Origin: Myxococcota bacterium
GTDB taxonomy: Bacteria; Myxococcota_A; UBA796; CAJQPC01
Length of the DNA stretch: 64,000 nucleotides
Assembly (NCBI GenBank): GCA_036012755.1
Contig: DASCPX010000071.1
Location: forward strand, 32,001 to 96,000
Direction of reading: 5' to 3'
The position numbers and the translations under genes are program-made. Within the stretch, counting starts at the first letter, position 1. Every line of letters starts with the position of its first letter. Under the pieces are notes generated by a model. It was not told the origin of the DNA. It made no database searches and saw only the letters and a program-made list of their open reading frames with translations. Of this stretch, positions 19,541-26,815 are shown piece after piece.

Positions 19541-22500
19541 CGCATCCCCTCCGGCAGCTCACGGGCCATGTAGTAGACCTCGTCGATAGGTGGATGATCG
19601 CGCAGACCGCGGCGCCGGCTGGTCTCCAAGGTGACGCGAACCCGCACGTCCGCGAGGTTCTGCATCGGGTAGTAGCGGGCGCGACCGTCGAGCACGAGGC
19701 GGCGCGTCGGGCTGCGCCACATCGGCACAGTGAGGTAGGCGTCCATCGACGGTCGCCAGAACCCGAAGTCCCGGTGAAGGTCTTGGAAGCGGTACTCCAT
19801 CGTGGCGCCGACCCCGGTGTAGATGGGGTCGGCTATCTGCAGGTCCGCGCCGATCCGTCCGGAGAGCCGATCCACGCTGGGGCCGGCGTTCGAGTAGCCG
19901 CGAAGGGTGTTGCGAACGCGCAGGTCCTTGTGGCGACGCCAGTCCGCGTGGGCGCCAAGGCCGATGCCCCAGGGGTGGTCGACGTTGAACTGGGTCCAGG
20001 CCCGGGGATCCACCTTGCCCATCGGGGCCGGCGACCAGACCCCGGCGTGACCCTGGACGAAGGGCTCGAAGCGCCACCACAGGCCGACCCAGCGCCTGTA
20101 GCGGAGCTCCGTGGACAGCGCGACGTGGCCGGCTCCGAAGGACCTCCAGGTGCGCAGATCGGCGCTCGCGGCGAGCATCGGTGGCATCCACGTCCAGCCG
20201 GCGCGAGCCCCCACAGATGGCACCAGCTGCAGCGACTCCCGCCCGAGCACCTGGGCATCGACCCAGTGGCGCGTGGTCCCGACCCGGTAGAGCCAGGCGG
20301 CGTCTGCCTGGGCGTACCACCAGTGGCGCAGGTCCGTTGGGAAGATGGACACGTCGTCGCCGACCTCCGCGCCGAGGACCAGCGTGCCTCCGTCCCCCAT
20401 CGGGCGAGGGGTGCGCTCCAGCGGATGGGCGACCCGGTTCATCCAGATCCGGGTGGCCCAGGCGCTCGGTCCATAGGGCTCCGGGGCGTCGGGAGCCAGC
20501 GCGCGCGTGGCGAGCCGCTCGACCGGATCGTGCCTCGGTCCGTCCAGATCGTGGCGTGCGACCGTGATCAGCGCTCCAGGGGGGCCCGTGACCATGACCG
20601 AGACCGGCCCCTCCGCCTCGATGGCCATGACGCCGGAGTCGACGACCTCCATGCTGTCGCCGTCAGCCGAGACCGTCACCGGGCCTCCGTCGTGGACCCT
20701 GACCCGCAGCAGCGTGGGGCCGAGGACCGTGACCCCCGCGCCCCGCCGGCCGACCTTGTGGGTGGTGACCGTGACGACCGGCGGCAGCAACTCGCCGTCG
20801 AGCTCGGCCCGGACGCCGACAGCCGAGTGATCCTCCCAGAGGGGTCGCAGGATGAGCTCGTGAGCGTCTGCGGGGAGCATCGCGGACCACGAGCCGAAGC
20901 GCCCATCTGGGATCTCCACGACCTCGGGGACACCGTTGAGCTCGATCTCGACCCGGCACGGCTTGGGATCGAGCCGCGTGGTCTCGTCCCGGCACAGCAT
21001 CTCCAGCACGAGCTCGCCCCCGCCCGTGAACTCGAGGCGGTCCTCGCGCCCTCCGCGGACGACCGCGACCTCCGCGCCAGGCCAGGGCATGCCCAGGGAG
21101 GCCTCGCGCGTGACGGCGAAGAGGCCGTCTTCCAGGAGGGTCGGCGGCTCGCGCTGGATGCGCACGTTCACCACCCCGGCGTCCCGGTCGAGGGAGCTCA
21201 GCACGCTCCAACTGCCGGCGTACTCAGCGCGCCGGCCCTCGTCGGCCCCAGCCGGCCCAGCGCTGTCAGCCGCCTTCCACGCCTCCAGGACCCGCCCCTG
21301 TTCCAGGAAGAGCCGGCTGGCCTCGCGGTAGAGGAAGGGCTGGAGGTCAGGCCGCACCAGGGACACCAGGTCGAGCCAGTCCTCCGGCTCCACGGGCTCC
21401 AGCGGCGGGAGTCGCCCTTCCCTCGCGAGCGCCGCATCCGCCGTGGCAGGCCCGACGACCGCGACGAAGCCCCCTGGCGCGATCGGAGCTCGGGCCTCCT
21501 GGCGCTGCCGCTCGGTCGTTCCGGGCAGGTAGAGCACGAGGTTGGCTTCGCCGCGGGCGGTGCCTCGGAATCCCAGGGCGACGAAGGCCCCGGCGCGGCG
21601 AAGTCGCTGGTCGGCGATCGCCTGCCCCGTGCCATCGGCGTTGAGCAGCTCGACGAGGAACCGACTGGCTTGTTCCAGCTCCTCGAGGGGATCTCCCACC
21701 GGCTCCGGGAGCGCCCGATCGGCCCGCGGGACCGTTCGCCGCAGCGCCAGGGAGACCTCGACGTCGTCGTCGGAGTCGACCCCCACGATGCGAGACCACG
21801 GGCCCATCGGGAGGACGAAGTGGGCGCTGGGTTCACCTTCGACCTCTGGCGCCGAGACGCTCATCGTCCAGGTCATGCCGTCGTCGGTCCAGGCAAGGAG
21901 CTCGCCGGGGCCGCCGTAGACCGTGACCGCGATCTGGGCCGGAGCGCCAGGCTCGATGAGGCTCCACACCGCCGGCAGCGACGCGATCTGTTGCTCGTAG
22001 ACCCGCTCGCCACCCTCCACGACGTGGTCCGGGTCGAGCAGGAGCAGCTCGCCCTCCAGGACCTCGACGAGGTGCGGCACGTCGGGCTCGAAGCCCTCGA
22101 AGAGCTCGCCGGCGCCGTGCAGCCCAACGTGGTCGAGGCGGTAGGTGACCGCGTGGTCCGCCTGCAGACGCGCCACGGGGATGCCGCGCGGGTGGAGGGG
22201 AAGCAAGAGCTGCGCCTCCTGGCCTGCCGAGACACGGACGCGGGCGATGCCGGGGCTCTGGCTCACCAGCCGCGCCTCGGACTCGCCCTCCAGAAGCGGC
22301 AAGCTGGTCCAGCGACTCGCCGCGGAGCCCCGGGCGTCGAGGTGGGCGAGCCAGCGGATGGCCTCTCCCCGAGGTCGGACGAAGCCCCGCGCGACCCGAT
22401 CCGCGAGTCCGGCGAGGAGCTCGGGGTCGTCCGGGAGGAGCTCGGCGAAGGGCACCACCAGGTCTGGGTCGATGTCCCTCACCAGGACTGCGCGCTCCGC

Positions 22501-23592
22501 GATGGCGTGGAGCAGCAGCGGATCCGTCAGGTCCTCGAGCCAGAAGCGCAGGGCGTATTGGGGATCCTCGACCAGCCTCGCGAGGCGGACACGCGCCAGC
22601 GCCTCGCCTGGACGCTCGTGCAGGTCGAAGGCTGCCTCCCGGGCCTCCTCGTTCTCTCCCAGCACCCACGCTGCCTCCATCCGGCGCACGCTACCCTCGG
22701 GCCACTCGGTCTCGTGGAGGGCATCCAGGGCGCGGACGTAGCGCCAGCTGGGGCGTGGCCGCTCGATGGATGGGTTGATCCAGAAGCCCCGCTCCTGACC
22801 TGCAGTGATCCGCACGGCGTGCACCCCCGGTGGGATGAAGATGGCGGACCGCCGCGCCCAGGACAGGCCCGGGTTCTCCGGGTCCTCGCTGGCCCGCCGT
22901 GTCCACTCGCCGAGCCAGTGGCCGTCTCGCTCGAGGCCGATCTCCAGCGCGCCGAACTCGCCCACCTCCAGCTCCATGCGCGCATCGAGCAGAAGCACCC
23001 CCGGGCCCTCGACCGCGACGGCGCTCTCACCTCCCGGGGCGACCCAGAGGGGCTCTCCGACCTCTCGCGCGTGGTCGGTGATCCCGCGAGCGCGCGCCAC
23101 CTCCAGCTCGAAGAGCATCGTCGCGATCAGGAAGCCGCTGTCGAGCTCATCGGCCTCTTCGAGCGCTGCCCGTCGCGCCGCCCAGCTGTGGTGAAGGACG
23201 CCGAGCTCGGCCGGAGCCTCTGGCAGCTCGCCGCCTTCCTTCGCCCAGGCCGCGAGCTCCCGCTCGTAGCGATCCCAGATCGCCGGCTCGAAGCTCGCGC
23301 TCTCGCGCCAGAGACGGACCTTGGCTTCGGTCAGGACCCGCAGCTCGATCACTCGGCGGGTGCCGTACTCGGGCACGAGCAGGGTGCCGGCGGGTCCCGC
23401 GGCCAGTCCCAGGTCCAGGCCCTCGTACTCGACCTCGACTCGCGTATCGGGCGGATCCAGCTGCAACAGGATGCGCCTCCCCGTCGCCTGCTCGAGGTAC
23501 AGCACGTCCTCTGGGAGCACCCTCGAGGTCTGCTCCGGGAGCCAGCTGCCAGCAGCTGCCTGCGCGACCAGGACCAGCAGCAAGAACATCAC
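19537..23592 (-). CDS. Large exported protein (1351 aa) with probable C-terminal outer-membrane beta-barrel
   Basis: Short hydrophobic signal (M)MFLLLVLVAQA. The last ~270 aa are successive amphipathic aromatic-rich strands (TLVLGAEVG, YAQADAAWLY, VGARAGWTW, WRFEPFVQG, IGLGAHADW, YTGVGATMEYRF, LVLDGRARYY). 4-bp overlaps with both neighbours. Confidence 0.7.
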   Translation of the reverse strand: MMFLLLVLVAQAAAGSWLPEQTSRVLPEDVLYLEQATGRRILLQLDPPDTRVEVEYEGLDLGLAAGPAGTLLVPEYGTRRVIELRVLTEAKVRLWRESASFEPAIWDRYERELAAWAKEGGELPEAPAELGVLHHSWAARRAALEEADELDSGFLIATMLFELEVARARGITDHAREVGEPLWVAPGGESAVAVEGPGVLLLDARMELEVGEFGALEIGLERDGHWLGEWTRRASEDPENPGLSWARRSAIFIPPGVHAVRITAGQERGFWINPSIERPRPSWRYVRALDALHETEWPEGSVRRMEAAWVLGENEEAREAAFDLHERPGEALARVRLARLVEDPQYALRFWLEDLTDPLLLHAIAERAVLVRDIDPDLVVPFAELLPDDPELLAGLADRVARGFVRPRGEAIRWLAHLDARGSAASRWTSLPLLEGESEARLVSQSPGIARVRVSAGQEAQLLLPLHPRGIPVARLQADHAVTYRLDHVGLHGAGELFEGFEPDVPHLVEVLEGELLLLDPDHVVEGGERVYEQQIASLPAVWSLIEPGAPAQIAVTVYGGPGELLAWTDDGMTWTMSVSAPEVEGEPSAHFVLPMGPWSRIVGVDSDDDVEVSLALRRTVPRADRALPEPVGDPLEELEQASRFLVELLNADGTGQAIADQRLRRAGAFVALGFRGTARGEANLVLYLPGTTERQRQEARAPIAPGGFVAVVGPATADAALAREGRLPPLEPVEPEDWLDLVSLVRPDLQPFLYREASRLFLEQGRVLEAWKAADSAGPAGADEGRRAEYAGSWSVLSSLDRDAGVVNVRIQREPPTLLEDGLFAVTREASLGMPWPGAEVAVVRGGREDRLEFTGGGELVLEMLCRDETTRLDPKPCRVEIELNGVPEVVEIPDGRFGSWSAMLPADAHELILRPLWEDHSAVGVRAELDGELLPPVVTVTTHKVGRRGAGVTVLGPTLLRVRVHDGGPVTVSADGDSMEVVDSGVMAIEAEGPVSVMVTGPPGALITVARHDLDGPRHDPVERLATRALAPDAPEPYGPSAWATRIWMNRVAHPLERTPRPMGDGGTLVLGAEVGDDVSIFPTDLRHWWYAQADAAWLYRVGTTRHWVDAQVLGRESLQLVPSVGARAGWTWMPPMLAASADLRTWRSFGAGHVALSTELRYRRWVGLWWRFEPFVQGHAGVWSPAPMGKVDPRAWTQFNVDHPWGIGLGAHADWRRHKDLRVRNTLRGYSNAGPSVDRLSGRIGADLQIADPIYTGVGATMEYRFQDLHRDFGFWRPSMDAYLTVPMWRSPTRRLVLDGRARYYPMQNLADVRVRVTLETSRRRGLRDHPPIDEVYYMARELPEGMR

Positions 23593-24419
23593 CGAGCCCA
23601 GCCCTCCAACATCTCCGCGAAGTCAGCTCGAAGCTCGGGGTCCTCGACCAGGTGCTTGCGAGCCTTGGAGGAGAGCTCGAGGTGAAGGAAGCGCGCCCGC
23701 GACGACAGCGCGATGCCCTGGGCGTTGCGACGTCCGGCCAGCTTGGGCACGGTCTCGCCGGAGGCTGCCCTGCCCCGCAGCAGGAAGTCGAGGTCCCCGC
23801 GGAACTCGGCGAGCACGTCCGGGTCGTGCAGGGCCGAGCCCGGAGAGAGCACGGCGACGGCGCGGGTCTGCTTCTTGCCGAAGCCGTGGAGCTGGATGAC
23901 CAGGGGCTGGTCGAGGCCCTCCACCGCCCCCAGCGTGAAGGCCTGGAACAGGGTGTCGTTGAGGTCGGCGAGGTCGGCGTTGACCCCCTCCACGCCATAG
24001 CGCTGGCCGGAGTTCAGCATGAGGACCTGGCCGACCCCCTCCTCGAACAGCAGGCATGACAAGCGCCCGGTCTTGAGGTCGAACCAGGCATGCGGCGCCT
24101 GGAGCACGATGTTGTGCTCGACCTCGCCCAGGCGCACGACGTAGATGCCGTCGGCGGCGCCACCGACGGGCCGCAACAGGACGAAGCCGGCGCCATACTC
24201 GACGTCGAACCCCAAGGCCGAGGCGCGACGCTCGAAGTCCTGGGGCACGACCCCGCTGGGGGCGGTGCGGACGACCTCTGCGAAGAACTGGGTGGCGATT
24301 GCCTGCTCGCTCGGGGCGAGGCTGTTGGGGACCGCGTCGATGCGGGCGGCGTCGACAGCCTCCCAGAGCGCGGAGGGGTCCGGGCGCGCGAGAGCAAGGG
24401 CGATCAGGAGGTGGATCAT
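23589..24419 (-). CDS. Exported putative Zn-dependent hydrolase (poly-gamma-glutamate hydrolase / carboxypeptidase-fold-like)
   Basis: Signal MIHLLIALALA. LQAPHAWFD, IQLHGF and FLHLELS motifs have His/acid/His/Glu spacing like PghP/N-formylglutamate amidohydrolase-type enzymes. Sits in the capB/capC operon. Confidence 0.55.
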   Translation of the reverse strand: MIHLLIALALARPDPSALWEAVDAARIDAVPNSLAPSEQAIATQFFAEVVRTAPSGVVPQDFERRASALGFDVEYGAGFVLLRPVGGAADGIYVVRLGEVEHNIVLQAPHAWFDLKTGRLSCLLFEEGVGQVLMLNSGQRYGVEGVNADLADLNDTLFQAFTLGAVEGLDQPLVIQLHGFGKKQTRAVAVLSPGSALHDPDVLAEFRGDLDFLLRGRAASGETVPKLAGRRNAQGIALSSRARFLHLELSSKARKHLVEDPELRADFAEMLEGWAR

Positions 24420-26815
24420 TGCTCCTCCGTCCAGTGGCGCACGTCGTCCGCCCGTTTCTGGTGCCAGGTCGCGTCCATGCGGACGTAGACGGGCTCTCCC
24501 CCGACACCTGTGGCGTGGATCGCGAGCTGATGACGGCCTCGGGCGAGGTCATCGCCCATCGAAAAGCGCATGCCCTGCCAGGCCACGAGGGTGCCACCGT
24601 TGACCAGCTGAGCGCGCTGTGGGTGCTCCTCGAGCGGGGTGAAGCGCTTGCTGTCCGCTGTCCGAGAGGTCGTCGCGGTCGCTCGCCGCTGGGGCGCGCC
24701 GTCGTCGATCGTGATCGTGAGCTCCGGCGCCTGCCCGCTGGCGGTGTATGCACGGACATAGATGAGCTCGCTGGGCTCGTCGATCCAGGCGGTGACGCGC
24801 AGCGTCCTGTCGTCGGCGCGCCAGAGCGTCCGTCGACCCCAGCGCCGGCCATCGCCCTCCGCTTTGGCCAGGTAGAGGCCCGGCGGCGCCTCCAGCTCGC
24901 AGCTCGCCTCCCCTTCTGGCACGGCCCACTCCAGGGTCCCCGTCGTGACATCGAGCACGTGGGGCTCGTAGCGCTCGTCGCCGCAGCTGACCCCAACCTC
25001 GCGACCGACGTCGTCGTCGGCGACGCGGTAGTCGACGACCAGCCCCTCCTCCCCGATCTGGAGCACCCGGAGCCCATCCATGAGCGTGCGCTGCCACGAC
25101 TCCCAGGGCTTCGGCTTTCGCAGCGGCTCGACGACCGGGTGCTGCTCGTCGGTGTTCCAGGGAAAGACGACGAAGGTGTGGCGCGCCGAGACGTCGTCGT
25201 CCTCGCTCCTGCGCTCGATGCGAACGGTGGCGTCGAAGCGCTGCAGCCGCTCCTCGATGACCAGTTGGTCGTGGTTCCTCGGGGCGACCGCGACATAGGG
25301 CGCCAGCTCCCAGGGGGCGTAGCGGCCGATGAAGCCCGACGGCAGGCCGTACTCGGGGGCACGCAGGGGTTGCACGTCGAGAGGGTAGAGGAAGCGCAGA
25401 TCGACCAACCGATCCGCGCTGAAGCGCAGCGTGACGGCCTCGCGCCGGTGGTAGAGGTAGCGGGTCGTCTTCTCGCTGACGGGCTCGTAGATCTGCTCGT
25501 CCGTGTCGACCTCGACGTAGCGCTCGAAGGGAGCGTGATCGAAGGCTGCGGCCCACTCCCCCTCGTCGAGGACCTCGCCGTCGGCGTCGAGGGCCTGCCA
25601 CCCGATGGTCGTGGGCATCTGACCCGGATCCGCCGCGGGAGCGGCCTTCCAGACGTCGTCGGCCAAGGGACGCGCCTCCACCCTCAACAGCCCCCACTCT
25701 CGCGCGGCGACGACCGGCACGTCCACAGGCCCGAGCTCGGGGCCGGCGCGGTAGGCGGTGATTCGGCGCCGCTCGGGCTCCTGGGCCTCGCCACCCCCGG
25801 CGCCAGGGGGCTCACCCCAGCTCTGGCCCTGCTCGGGCCTCGAGACGAAGGAGAGCGTCACGGCGTCGGAGGCCCAGCCGTTGAACCAGCGCAAGCTCCA
25901 GACCGCGCCCGCGGGGACCTCTATGCTGGAGGGGGTCACGAGCCCCCCTTGGACCGGCTCCGGCGAGGCGTCGACGAGCTCGATGAGCAGCGTGCTGGGT
26001 CTGGGCTTCTGCTGGTGATCGTCTCCGGCGGCGAGGACGTCCAGCACAGCGGGACCGCGGATGTTGACGGCGGTGGCCTCGCCTGGCTCGAGGCGGTAGC
26101 CCCAGTCCATCGAGCTCGGCGCCAGGGAGGGGATGGCGTAGCGAAGCACCGCCACCGTGTCGCCCGTCAGGTCCGCAGCCGGCAGCGTCGTGCGCTTGAG
26201 GCCCGTGTGGTAGCGGAGCTCGGCGTCAGAGAGCCTGGGCCACGGCAGCGGGTAGAGCCTGCCGATGCGCTCACGGGCGGTGCGCGACAGGGCCGCGACG
26301 ACAGCGACGCCCGGGTCCTGCTCGACGCGGAAGACACGCACCAGGATCCGCTCGCCAGGCCGCAGGCTCTTGGGACGCACCACCAGAGCCCCTCCCTCTG
26401 ACATGTGCTCCCCCGGGACCAGGTCGATGATGCGACTGTCGGTGATGACCCGCCCCTCGTCTGGAGACCGGGTCGCCGGCTCCTCGTCCTCGAGCAGGGT
26501 CAGGCGCGAGCGCGTCCAGTGCTCCCTGAAGACCGTCCGCTCCTCGGCGACGAATTCGAGGCCGACACAGTAGAGCCAGGTCTCGGCCTCGTCGAGGGTG
26601 TCGGGTCGATCTGTCTCCAGGTATGTCAGGAGCCGAAGGCCCTCCTCGGAGCGTCCGACCCGGAAGCTGGCCTCGTCGCCGTCGGAGAGGGCGAAGAGGA
26701 CGACCCGTTCCACTCCCTTGGGGGTGAAGCCGCTGCGGGCCTCGGCCCAGGGCCTCAGGCCCAGGAGGATCCCGATCACGACCAACCACCCGAAGATGAT
26801 GAGGCGCCACCTCAC
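24416..26815 (-). CDS. Membrane-anchored periplasmic hypothetical protein (799 aa)
   Basis: GTG at 26815 overlaps the upstream TGA (GTGA) and has a GGAGG RBS. N-terminal TM helix RWRLIIFGWLVVIGILLGL. The upstream extension in the ORF track is spurious. Confidence 0.8.
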   Translation of the reverse strand: MRWRLIIFGWLVVIGILLGLRPWAEARSGFTPKGVERVVLFALSDGDEASFRVGRSEEGLRLLTYLETDRPDTLDEAETWLYCVGLEFVAEERTVFREHWTRSRLTLLEDEEPATRSPDEGRVITDSRIIDLVPGEHMSEGGALVVRPKSLRPGERILVRVFRVEQDPGVAVVAALSRTARERIGRLYPLPWPRLSDAELRYHTGLKRTTLPAADLTGDTVAVLRYAIPSLAPSSMDWGYRLEPGEATAVNIRGPAVLDVLAAGDDHQQKPRPSTLLIELVDASPEPVQGGLVTPSSIEVPAGAVWSLRWFNGWASDAVTLSFVSRPEQGQSWGEPPGAGGGEAQEPERRRITAYRAGPELGPVDVPVVAAREWGLLRVEARPLADDVWKAAPAADPGQMPTTIGWQALDADGEVLDEGEWAAAFDHAPFERYVEVDTDEQIYEPVSEKTTRYLYHRREAVTLRFSADRLVDLRFLYPLDVQPLRAPEYGLPSGFIGRYAPWELAPYVAVAPRNHDQLVIEERLQRFDATVRIERRSEDDDVSARHTFVVFPWNTDEQHPVVEPLRKPKPWESWQRTLMDGLRVLQIGEEGLVVDYRVADDDVGREVGVSCGDERYEPHVLDVTTGTLEWAVPEGEASCELEAPPGLYLAKAEGDGRRWGRRTLWRADDRTLRVTAWIDEPSELIYVRAYTASGQAPELTITIDDGAPQRRATATTSRTADSKRFTPLEEHPQRAQLVNGGTLVAWQGMRFSMGDDLARGRHQLAIHATGVGGEPVYVRMDATWHQKRADDVRHWTEEQ

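Noticed and set aside
15620..23685. Very long plus-strand ORFs (1317 and 1363 aa) and similar antisense ORFs such as 5944-9486 and 26950-29568
   Set aside because: They are shadows of real genes on the opposite strand, as expected in high-GC DNA, and carry no recognisable motifs.
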